Positions 49,857 through 61,545 of a DNA stretch of 64,000 bases are shown here, in pieces. Under the pieces are notes generated by a model, which had not been told where the DNA came from, did not search any database, and saw only the letters and a program-made list of their open reading frames with translations. The position numbers were made by a program, and so were the translations under genes. Position 1 is the first letter of the stretch. Each line of letters begins with the position of its first letter. The DNA is taken from NCBI GenBank assembly GCA_963514005.1, contig OY740813.1, forward strand, positions 22,258,001-22,322,000, given 5' to 3'. This stretch comes from Raja brachyura. Lineage: Eukaryota.

Positions 49857-51451
49857 AAGATCTAAGGGGGTAGAGGAACTGAAAGAAATTTTCATCAGGC
49901 GAGAAATAGTATTGGGTAGGCTAATGGGACTGAAGGATGATAAATCCCCTGGGCCTGATGGTCTGCATCCCAGGGTCCTCAGGGAGGTGGCTCTAGAAAC
50001 AGTGGATGCATTGGTAATTATTTTCCAATGTTCAATAGATTCAGGATCAGTTCCTGTGGATTGGAGGATAGCTAATGTTATCCTACTTTTCAAGAAAGGA
50101 GTGAGAGAGAAAACGGGGAATTACAGACCAGTTAGCCTGACTTCGGTGGTGGGAAAGATGCTGGAGTCAATTATTAAAGAGGTAATAATGGAGCAATTGG
50201 ATAGCAGTAAAAGGCCAAGTCCAAGTCAACATGGATTTATGAAAGACAAATCATGCTTGAATAATCTTCTGGAATATTTTGAGGAGGTGACAAGTAAAAT
50301 GGATGAAGTGAATGTAGTGTATCTAGACTTCCAGAAAGCCTTTGTTAAGGTAGGGTGTTGACATGGATAGAAAATTGGTTTGCAGACCGGAAGCAAAGAG
50401 TAGGAGTGAACGGCGATGACAGGCAATGGCGAGTGGAGTGCCGCAAGGCTCGGTGTTGGGGCCGCAACTGTTTACCATATATAGTAATGATTTGGAAGAG
50501 GGAATTAGGAGCAACACTAGCAATTTTGCGGATAACACAAAGCTGGGTGGCAGTGCGAACTGTGAAGAGGATGTTAGGAGGTTGCAGGGGGACCTGGACA
50601 GGTTGAGTGAGTGGGCAGATGCATGGCAGATGCAGTATAATATAGATAAATGTGAGGTTATCCACTTTGGCGGCAAAAACAAGGGGGCAGATTATTATCT
50701 CAATGGGGTTAGGTTAGGTAAGGGGAAGGTACAGCGAGACCTGGGTGTCCTTGTACACCAGTCACTGAAAGTTGGCGTGCAGGTACAGCAGGCAGTGAAG
50801 AAAGCTAATGGAATGTTGGCCTTCATAACAAGAGGATGTCAGTACAGGAGTAAAGAGGTTCTTCTGCAGTTGTATAGGGCTCTGGTGAGACCACACCTGG
50901 AGTATTGTGTACAGTTTTGGTCTCCTAATTTCAGGAAGGACATCCTTGTGATTGAGGCAGGTTCACGAGATTGATCCCTGGGATGGCGGGACTGTCATAT
51001 GAGGAAAGATTGAAAAGACTAGGCTTGCATTCACTGGAGTTTAGAAGGATGAGGGGTTATCTTATAGAAACATATAAAATTATAAAAGGACTGGACAAGC
51101 TAGATGCAGGAAAAATGTTCCCAATGTTGGGTGAGTCCAGAACCAGGGGCCACAGTCTTAGAATACAGGGGAGGTCATTTAAGACTGAGCTGAGAAAAGA
51201 CTTTTTTACCCAGAGAGTTGTGAATTTATGGAATTCCCTGCCACAGAGGGCAGTGGAGGCCAAATCACTGGGTGGATTTAAGAGAGAGTTGGATAGAGCT
51301 CTCGGGGCTAGTGGAGTCAAGGGATATGGGGAGAAGGCAGGCACAGGTTATTGATAGCGGACGACCAGCCATGATCACAATGAATGGTGGTGCTGGCTCG
51401 CGGGGCCGAATGGCCTCCTCCTGCACCTATTTTCTATGTTTCTATGTTTCT
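49857..51451 (+). mobile_element. CR1 LINE, 5'-truncated, frameshifted ORF2 (reverse transcriptase)
   Basis: KSPGPDGLHPRVL, NYRPVSLTS, QHGF, YLDFQKAF, SGVPQGSVLGP, FADNTK (catalytic D mutated), RPHLEYCVQFW; (ctatgttt)n tail. Confidence 0.95.
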
Positions 51452-51550
51452 AAGATAAGTGGGAAATGGGGAGGAGCCGCTGTAGTGAACTGTTATGTCG
51501 ATTTTTTATGTAGTTGTATGTCTTGTTGCTTTTTGGGTATGACTGTATGG

Positions 51551-53594
51551 CAATAGACAATTGACAATAGGTTCAGGAGTAGGCCATTCGGCCCTTTGAG
51601 CTAGCATCAGCATTCAATGTGATCAAGGCTGATCATCCCCAATCAGTACCCCGTTCATGCCTTCTCCCCATATCCCCTGACTCCGCTATCTATAAGAGCC
51701 CTATCTAGCTCTCTCTTGAAAGTATTCAGAGAACCTGCCTCCACCGCCCTCTGAGGCAGAGAATTCCACAGAATCACAACTCTCTTTAAAAAAAATGTTT
51801 CCTCGTCTCCGTTCTAAATGGCTTACCCCTTATTCTTAAACTGTGGCCCCTGCTTCTGGACTCCCTCAACATCGGGAACATGTTTCCTGCCTCTAGCATG
51901 TCCAAACCCTTAACAATCTTATATGGTTCAATAAGATGCCCTCTCATCCTTCTAAACTCCAGAGCATACAAGCCCAGCCGCTCCATTCTCTCAGTATATG
52001 ACAATCCTGCCATCCCGGGAATTAACCTTGTAAACCTATGCTGCACTCCCTCAATAGCAAGAATGTCCTTCCTCAAATTAGGGGACAAAAACTGCACACA
52101 ATACTCCAGGTGTGGTCTCACTAGGGCCCTGTATAACTGCAGAAGGACCTCTTTGCTCCCATACTCAACGACTCTTGTTATAAAGGCCAACATGCCATTT
52201 GCTTTCTTCTCTGCCTGCTGTACCTGCATGGTTACTTTCATAGACTGATGTACAAGGACCCCCAGATCCCATTGTACTTCCCCTTTTCCCAACTTGACGC
52301 CATTTAGATAGTAATCTGCCTTCCTGTTTTTGATACCAAAGTGGATAACCACACATTTATCCGTATTAAACTTAATCTGCCATGCATGTGCCCACTCCCC
52401 CGACCTGTCCAGTTCACCCTGCATTATCATAGCATCCTCCTCAAAGTTGACACCGCCACCCAGCTTTGCGTCATCTGCAAATTTGCTAATGCTACTTTGA
52501 ATCCCTTCATCCGAATCATTGATGTATATTGTAAATAGCTGCGGACCCAGCACCGAGCCTTGCGGTACCCCACTAGTCACTGCCATTCTGAAAGGGACCC
52601 GTTAATCCCTACTCTTTGTTTCCTGTCTGCCAACCAATGTCAGCACTCTACCCATGTCAGCACTCTACCCCCAATACCATGTGCACTAATTTTGCCCACT
52701 AATCTGCTATGTGGGACCTTATCAAATGCTTTCTGAAAGTCCAGGTATACTACATCCCTTGTCCATTTTCCTAGTTGCATCCTCAAAATATTCCAGAACA
52801 TTAGTCAAGCATGATTTCCCATTCGTAAATCCATGCTGACTCGGACCGATCCTGTTACTGCTATCCAAATGTGCGGCTATCTCATCTTTTATAATTGACT
52901 CCAGCATCTTCCCCACCACCGATGTCAGGCTAACTGGTCTATAATTTCCTGTTTTCTCTTTCCCGCCTTTCTTAAAACGTGGGATAACATTAGCTACCCT
53001 CCAATCCACAGGAACTGATCCTGAGTCTATAGAACATTTGAATCTTTTTCATCAATGCATCCACGATTTCTCGAGCCACTTCCTTAAGTACCCTGGGATG
53101 CAGACCATCAGACCCTGGGGATTTATCAGCCCTCAGTCTACCCAACACCATTTCCTGCCTAATGTGGATTTCCTTCAGTTCCTCCGTCACCCCAGATCCT
53201 CTGGCCACTACTATATCAGATTGTTTGTGTCCTCCTTAATGAAGACGGATCCAAAATACCTGTTCAACTCATCTGCTATTTCATTGTTCCCCATAATAAA
53301 TTCACCTTTTTCGGTCTTCAAGGGTCCAACTTTGGTCTTAACTAATTTTCCTCTTCACATACTTAACGAAGCTTTTACTATCCTGCTTTATATTCTTGGC
53401 TAGCTTACCTTCGTACCTCATCTTTTCTTCCGTATTGTCTTTTTAGTTATCTTCTGTTGCTCTTTAACATTACCCAATCCTCTTGCTTCCCGTTTACCTT
53501 TGCTATGTTGTACTTCTCTTTTATTTTTATACTGTCCCTGACGTCCCTTGTCAGCCACGGTCGCCCCTTACTCCCCTTGGAATCTTTCATCCTC
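51551..53594 (-). mobile_element. CR1 LINE, 5'-truncated, frameshifted ORF2 (reverse transcriptase)
   Basis: ORFs 51786-52586, 52722-53009 and 52990-53208 (-): SGVPQGSVLGP, FADDAK, NYRPVSLTS; (ctattgt)n tail. Confidence 0.95.
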
Positions 53595-54374
53595 CAAATT
53601 CCAAATTGGAACCTAATTCCTCATATGTTGCAAAACATACTTTGCTAATAAATTCCGATTATGATTATTATGATAATAGTCCCTCCACTGGCTGGTTAGC
53701 ATGCAGCAAAAGCTCTCAATTGTACCTCAGTACACGCGACAATAAACTCAACTAGACGCGCTGCAATCTGTTCAGTAAGTATTCCAAGTAATCTTTGCAT
53801 GTAACACCTCTTGTACCCTAACCAGCATGGTACAACAAACAGTAAGAAAAATGAGGCTGTCCTTCAACCCCCAAAAAAAACAGGAGGTTGGATGAATTCT
53901 TCTTCAGCGATACTCTCGTTCTGAGCCAAGATCAGTATGTTGAACGTAAAATGAGTGATATAAGGCATTATGGTGTCAAGAAATGGCTGTGGTGGGAATA
54001 CAGTATTGTTATTTGGGAAAAGTAAGCATTCCACCTTAGAAATCAATCCTGCCTTTTTGAAATAATTATAATCAAAGAATAATAACTGGTTAAGCATACA
54101 AAATTGGAGCGAAAACATTGTGAAATAAGCCAGACTCTGAATCTCAGAACCATGACATGAATGTGATAAAAAAAAGATGGAACTGAGTGCAATGTCAGGG
54201 TATAGTCACTGTCAGGCGGTGCTGATAGAACATGTGACGCTACATTAATGTTCTTTATTTTAATTTCTGTTTTCTGATATTCACTCACAAAGATAACATT
54301 GCCAAACAACGAAAAGAGTGCAAATATACATTTGTCACCAAATCTGTTAATTCTCAGCTCCACCAATAGTATTG

Positions 54375-54560
54375 GAGCAAAACACTAAACTACTGGAGGA
54401 ACTCAGTGGGTCAGGCAGCATCTGCGGAGGGAATGGACAGAGGACATTGCGGGTCGGGAATCGTTTTCAGATTCTGAACTCAGCTGCCTGACCCGCTGAG
54501 TTCCTCCTGCACATTGTGCTTTGCTCAAAATTTCAGCATCTGCATTTCTTTGTGTCTCTT
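54375..54560. mobile_element. Palindromic PLE mini-element
   Basis: ggaggaactcagtgggtcaggcagc / gctgcctgacccgctgagttcctcc arms. Confidence 0.75.
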
Positions 54561-55427
54561 TGTGATGTTTACTCATTATTAGATTTAGTATTTATACATT
54601 TAAAGAGATCATGTAATACAGAGAGTGATATTTTATTACATGCTATGTACTAAGTGCCTGCTTGTATAATTAGACTTTGTGAATAACTAACTATTCTCCT
54701 GTAATTTTTAAGAGAGCCCAAATAAATATTTATTTCTCGTTCAAATAAAATAGTATTTCTGAGCAATGCTACAATGGTGAAATAGCTCAGTAAACAATGC
54801 ATTCACTCTTGATTTCTGATTCATGTTAAAAAAAAATAATTTCACTTCCACAAATGTTTAAAGTTGAGAAGCATATTTCTCCTATTTCTAGTTCCACCGC
54901 AGCAGTAGTTTTCAAAATCCAAAAGAAGTCTGGGAGTGAAGATATGGGCAACATTATGACGATATTTGTTCCTTTTGAGGATAGCGATATGTTTGTCAAA
55001 ACTCCTTCTTATCCAAAAGGGCCATGCCACCTGTACATTAGGTTATTCATCACTCAATCATGCCCGGCCGTTATTATTTTGCTCTGGGGGTATTTAATTA
55101 TCTCTAAGGCACAATGCTGCACTTCAAGTGAGCATGTTCCTAATAGCTGATTACCATTTACACAAAGGCGCTATTCGTTGGAAGTATTGAACAGATATCA
55201 ATGGCATTGTCTTTGAATACACAAAGCTTCCATCATAAATAGTACATTTCGAGCACAGAATAATGAATGTTGAGGTTATGATTTCTCTTTCAATACACTC
55301 TTTTCACTCTCCTGTTAAAAGAGCAGATTGAAACCAGTGCTTTGCAGTAACGACTAACAGGCAGAACTTCAGGGGAAGACATAAGGTGCTTGAGTAATTC
55401 GGGTGGTCAGGCAGCTTCTTTGGATAA

Positions 55428-55820
55428 GTGTAAGGAACTGCAGATGCTGGTTTAAACCAAAGATAGACACAAAATGCTGCAATAATTCAGCAGGACAGGC
55501 AGCATCTCTGGAGAGAAGGAATGGGTGACATTTGGGTCGAGACCCGTCGTCAGACTAGTCAGGGGAAAGGGAAACGAGAGATATACTTTGAAGAAGTTCC
55601 CTTCCTCTCTCTGACGATAATTCTGCAGCATCCCCTCTTGCTGCTCCCCCTCTGTGATTCGTTCAATCTTTCTATATCTCTCTACATCACTGCCTATATC
55701 TCTCGTTTCCCTTTCCCTGACTAGTCTAAAGAAGTGTCTCAACCCGAAACATCACCCATTCCTTCTCTCCAGAGATGCTGCTTGTCCTGGTGAATTATTG
55801 CAGCATTTTGTGTCGATCTT
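55428..55820. mobile_element. Longer PLE derivative with inverted pLTR arms, nested in an older palindromic PLE element (55375-56018)
   Basis: Inverted arms extend to ctagtcaggggaaagggaaacgagagatata / tatatctctcgtttccctttccctgactag; 16-bp TSD cagcttct(t/c)tggataa at 55412-55427 and 55821-55836. Confidence 0.88.
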
Positions 55821-56236
55821 CAGCTTCTCTGGATAATATGGATTGATGATATTTGGGGTAGGGACCCTTCGTCAGACTCTGAATTTACAGTCTGAAGCAA
55901 GGTCCTGACCTGAAATGTCACCATCTATGTTCTTCAGAGATGCTGCCTGACCACTGAGTTGCTCCAGCATGTTGTGTCTTTTTTTTGTAAATCAGCAGCT
56001 GCAGTTTCTTATGTCTATAGTACCTCAGGGTAGTCCCACCTGACCCTCATCTGATGTCACAGTACACAAAGGGAGGGACTGCACAACACCAATAACGTTT
56101 GTTAAAGAACTAAATGTTGCGGTGCACTCATCTAAGCACAGATGTGCTGAACATTAATGTGCTGAGATGTCCGAGAAAGGAGTTGCCATTGATCTCCGGG
56201 CGTGTAGGAAACAAATTATAAAGGGTCCAAAGTCTA

Positions 56237-56618
56237 GCATGTGCATATTGGGGACTGAAGGACCCGTTCCTGTGCTGTACTGTTCTTATGTTCTATGCAA
56301 GAAATCAGAAACAAAAGCAAGCACCACCAAGAATAGTAAGTCGATCACTGGATCAATATTATGAGTATGTATAACCTTTAATAGATTTGAGCATTCTGGA
56401 GAAGCATTTGGGAAACAAAAGATTTACATTTGCCAAAGTTCAACAAAGTGTAGTCTGAGCTTGAAAAGAAGGCATCTCATCTTCCAATTGGGTGTTCTTG
56501 AGATCACACCTACCCTAGCCAACAATGGACCTACCAGGCATAGTATAACATTTCCTGCATAGAACATTAGAACAGTACAGCACAGGAATGGGTCCTTCAG
56601 TGCCCAATATGCACATGC
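56237..56618. repeat. Inverted duplication with 69-bp arms (56237-56305 and 56550-56618)
   Basis: 4 mismatches in 69 bp; includes a CR1 tail and the non-TE flanks on both sides. Confidence 0.85.
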
Positions 56619-57454
56619 AATGCTTTGCTCTTGGTCTTTGATTGCTCCTGGTCTTTTCTTGTCTCCAGGTCTCCTCCCCCATTCCTCTATTATCAGTCTG
56701 AAGGGTCCCGACCCGAAACGTCACCCATCCTTTTTTCTCCAGAGATGCTGCCTGACCCATTGAGTTACTCCAGCACTATGTGTCCATCTGTGGTATAAAC
56801 CAGCATCTGCATTTCTTTGTTTGTACTGGGCATTTTACATTCATGGTACTACCTCACACCCCTTCCCCATGTTTCCTTTACCCTCCCCCACCACCCCTCA
56901 TCCCCCACCCCACAGTTGTGCCTTTATTTCAATTGGTGTTGTTTCATTTTACTCAAACTTTTATAGTATTTTTGTGTCTTTGACAATTTTCCCTCTATTC
57001 TCTCCATTTCTCTTTGCATCTTAAAGCACATTTGTCTCCTCACTTTCTGAAGACCCTGGACCCAAAGCATTGATTCCCTTGTACATCCCCCTGATGCTAC
57101 TGACCCCTTCCAGTAGCTTATCAATAAGTATGCAATGCAAGTTATTCTAAAGTATTTCATATATATTATAGACAGATAAACATGCTTTCCAATGCTTGGG
57201 GGGAAATCCACTGATGCTGTACCAGCTTTGATATAGCCCAAAGATAGAACTCAGCTTTCCCACACCACAATTTGCATGTTACTTTGTGGGGAATTTCAAT
57301 GTAAATAATCCAAATATCCCTTAAAAATAAATACTCTTTGGACATTTTAAATATTGGGCCTGCCTACTTCAAATGCTGAAACCAAACCACATACTGGATG
57401 CACAACTGCATTGAATTGTATCATTTCTAAAATAGGTTTAACACTGAAAATATT

Positions 57455-57750
57455 GATTGATTGAGACGACAGGCCCTTTGGCCCACCAAGTCCACACACC
57501 GATCATGGATCACCCATTCACATGAGTTCTGCGTTTTCCCACTTTCCCGCCCACTCCCTAAACAGTTGGAGCAATTTACAGAGACTTAATTCATCTACCA
57601 ACCGGATGTGGGGGGAAACCGGAGCACCCGAGGAAACCCACGCAGTCACAGGGTGAATGTGCAATCTCCATACAGATAGCACCCGATGTCAGGATCGAGG
57701 CTGGGGCTCTGGCGCTGTGCGGCAGCGACTTTGCGCCTCTGTGCCACTCT
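57455..57750 (-). mobile_element. V-SINE (HE1-like)
   Basis: Reverse V-domain and head. Confidence 0.8.
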
Positions 57751-59089
57751 GGTCTTGATATCAGAAATTGAGCTTTATCTCTCTCTCACGCACACGCGCA
57801 TGCACACACACACACAAATAGATATATGGATTATGTTGCTAGAATGCATGAATACGGAAGTGTGGCAAAAGAATAAACAGGATAGAGAAGACACAATGAC
57901 CTACAGAGGCTGGTAGATTAAAAAAAAACACCAAGTGCTGGAGTAACTCAGCGGGTCAGGCAGCATCTCTGGAGGAAATGGACAGGTGAGGACCCAAATT
58001 GTCCCAAAAGGATCTATAGAAAGATCTACTGAAAATGTCATCTGTCCACTGTTACTCCAGCACAAACTGGAAAGTGTTTAAAATCTCAGAGTTCTGTGTT
58101 CATCCAAAGTCAATGCTATCTTCTATGCACGATGATACAGTTATTCATTAATAATATACATGTGTGATGTTAGAATAGTTTGCATTACTTTTCAATAGTT
58201 AATAAATGTTGTTGCAAAATGCCAAATTCATGGTGCTTTAAAAAAATTGAAATTACAACTGTGCTAATTCCTTCTGATTGTAATTGTAATAAATGGTGTA
58301 AACAAAAGATGCTTCTAAAGCTGTTGCGAGTGCCCTAGGCTTAATCACCAGTAATGTTCATATGCCGAGGTACATCTGCCTAATGCAGTCATGAAAATAT
58401 AAACTGACTTAAGTGTGGTATACAAGGATGTTGTATTTGACATCTCTGCAGGATATGAGTGTGGCATCAAACTTCCTCTACTCTGTTTTAATAAGTCCCA
58501 CAGGATAACTGTTTCACAGAATCCATCAATGGTGTAATACTGGACCAACGCAAATCATTCAAGGACACAACCTCTGATAGATATTTTTTCAAAAGGTAGT
58601 CTAGTGTGGTAACAAAATATTCCCTTTGGCCTCAGTTCTATGCTGGCATCCATTAAAGACATTCTCTACTCAAGGTTCGACTAAAGAATCACCTGGATGA
58701 GGGCCTTAATGATAGGAGTTACAGTTGCTTTTTGGAATTGTTCAATGGCACCACCCCACTTTGGCACTGCCTGTAGGTCCAAGACACTCATCTTTCTCCC
58801 CCTTAAATATTTCCATCATTCTGATCGCCCATTATCCTTCGCACTGTTGCTGCCCCCGTCCTCTCAGTAGCAGCTTCTCCGAATGATTTGTACAAATCCC
58901 CCTTCAAATTAGCTGTTCATTACACAACCCTATCAACTATCCCTTCCCATCCCATCCCAACCCCCAATAACCTCAACTTGACTCGACTTCATGAGCATTT
59001 TTGAAAGACCAGGACTAAACCATCTATAAATTTGTCAAGTAGCTAATTTAATATCCTGGGTTGCAAAATAGAGTCCTGGAAATGTGTCT

Positions 59090-59467
59090 TTAAAACGGCC
59101 GTGAAGCTCGGCGGACATTAACGTTACCGGTCGGTCATCTTTGGTTCTGAAAACTACTGCTGATGTATATTTTCCCCAATGAGCCAATGGAATTCGCCGG
59201 TCAGCAGCGGATACACCTTACGAGAACCTTCGACCTCCTGGCAACCCACTAGGACCTCTTGGTGACCCACCTACGGCACGAGAATTCTTGCTACTCTCCA
59301 TGGCGGCTTAATTCTAGTCGTCGCTAATTTTTCAACATGTTGAGGCCGCGACTAGTCCCCAGAGTGCCTGAACCCCTCCCGACTATGAAGGCGACTCCCC
59401 GGCAACCACCCGGGAACATGTGGCGACCATGTGTAGTCTCCTGCAGTGCCTAAGTGGGACAGGCCCA
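59090..59467. mobile_element. Harbinger-like MITE, right end only
   Basis: Ends aagtgggacaggccca|taa; contains tttttcaacatgttga shared with the other MITEs; no left TIR found. Confidence 0.6.
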
Positions 59468-61227
59468 TAACGCAGCAACTCTACCGCTGCGCCACCATGC
59501 TGGCCGATTTAGTTTGTTGTGAACCTGGTCTTTGAACACGGAGCAGGATAACAAAAGCTTTTGCCATGCACACAATAATACTCTGAAAACAGAGTCTCCA
59601 TAGTTTATGATACTTGGGCATTGTGACTTTCCTACTGGTAACATTTCACTAAATGCAATGTATTTTCTTAGGTGATGTCTGCTAACACTTCACCTAAAAT
59701 TACTGCATTTCTGGGTCCCTTCTTGGGATTGCGTAACCCTGTGTATTTTCCCACTATCAGTTTCTCCAGGTTTCTCATTGCTCAGGTAGCACCTTGACCC
59801 TTGTGTCATAGTCATAGAGTCAGACAGCACAGAAACAGGCCCCTCAGCCCATCTTGCCATGTCGACCTATATGTCCCATCTACACTAGTCCCACCTGCCT
59901 GCGTTTGGCTCATATCCCTCAAAACGTATCCTATCCATATGCTAGAATATTGTAGGGGAACTCCATTATCACCTCACTCACATGTCAAATATCATGTTCC
60001 TACAGGATGACCCAAGCAATGTAAGGATCCTATGTCTCTGGACGTTTCCCTCCATGACCCCAATTGCAAAAACCCACAAGGAATGTAGACACCCTGCTCT
60101 GTCAAGTTAGTGTCAGCGTGAACTCCAGAGAACATCAATCTTTCACCAAAAAATCAAACTACTGCTGCTTTTTCAAGTCTTGGAGAAAAATAATTGCCAT
60201 CTAACTTGAACGCCTTCATTGGTTAAATTCTATCCTCTTTGAAGGTTTTTTTGGAAGATTTGGTGGTCAAATAATGATGGACGCTAACACCTCGGACTCA
60301 AGCTGTTACTGATTCAACACCTTAGCATGTAGTCGCGTCTGAAGAAGGGTTCCAACCTGAAAAGTCACCCATCTTTTTTCTCCTGAGATGTTGCCTGTCC
60401 CACTGAGTTTCTCCAGCACTTTGTGTCTATCTTCTGTTCCTTATTCACTTTCTGCTCCTATTTTCATAAACCATCAAGTTAATTCAGCAGGGATCAGGCA
60501 GATACCAGTGATGTACAGGTCCGGGACATTGATGTTTCCCAACATAAAGGCGCTAAGTCACCTTGCATCATGATCTCTCATTCATGCAGGCAATCCCTTC
60601 ACGTGGCCCTTGCAGACGTCCGGCCAGTCCATCGCGAGCTTCTAATCATTCATTACAAACAGTGTGCAGAGATATAGAGTGAAAGGGAGCATCCTTCCGG
60701 TCACTAGACTGCAGACACACGGAGGACACTGCAATGGACAAATGCACCCAAATACACCAGAGTATTTTAATTTTACAAACATGTTATGATTTACATTTAA
60801 TCGGCCATAGTTATTAAAATATCACGGCTGAAAACCATGCTGGCAATAACAAGTATCATTGCGCAGTAGTCAGTGGCTCTGGCAGAACAGCTGCTGGCAT
60901 TATTCTTTGTCTTACTTGGAAAGTGCCGTTCACTGTATCACTACTGACATGCCTTTTGAATAGGTACATTGGTAACTAAATGCTGATAAAAGAATCTGTT
61001 TGATTTTAGGCACATTCTGTGAACTGATTGAGCAGCCTCTAATAAATCCTTTAAGCTGCCCAGTTAGATGTCCTGACACTGGCAAAATGTCTCTTTGAAT
61101 AGACATAAATGCATAACAGTAGCACAATCTTCCTCTATTTGTCCTGTGATTGTTCAATGAATATGATAGTTACACACTATCATATAGCTAGGTTCTGCTC
61201 GCAGGGGCCAAAATGCGCAGTGCAACC

Positions 61228-61545
61228 GGCACGGTACGGTGGCACAGCGGTAGAGTTGCTGCCTTACAGCGCAAGAGACCTGGGTTCGATCCTCACTACG
61301 GGTGTTGTCTATATGGAGTATGTACCTTCTCCCCATGACCCTGTGGGTTTTCTTCAGGTGCTCCAGTTTCCTTACACATCTCAATGAGGTGCAGATTTGT
61401 AAGTTATTTGGCTTTGATAAAAACTGTACAATTGTCCCTAACGTGTAGGATAGTGCTAGTGGGCGGGGATCGCTGGTCGGCCCGGACTTGGAAGGCCAAC
61501 GGCCTGTTGCTGCGCTGTATCTCTAATCTAAACTCAACTACGAAC
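61228..61545 (+). mobile_element. V-SINE (HE1-like), near full length
   Basis: ggtggcacagcggtagagttgctgcc head, ggttcgatcc box B, V-domain and tail. Confidence 0.9.

Larger units (their letters stand above)
49391..53755 (+). mobile_element. Rex1/Babar 3' fragment (49391-49687 + 53675-53755) split by nested insertions
   Basis: IKDWSHPGHSRFSSLPSGKRYRSVKMDTSRFTDSFFPAVIRQLN; the UTR resumes at 53675 and ends gtacacgcgacaataaactcaact. Confidence 0.8.

Noticed and set aside
51786-52586. 266-aa reverse transcriptase ORF as an active or domesticated gene
   Set aside because: It is part of a 5'-truncated, frameshifted CR1 copy with no endonuclease domain or ORF1.
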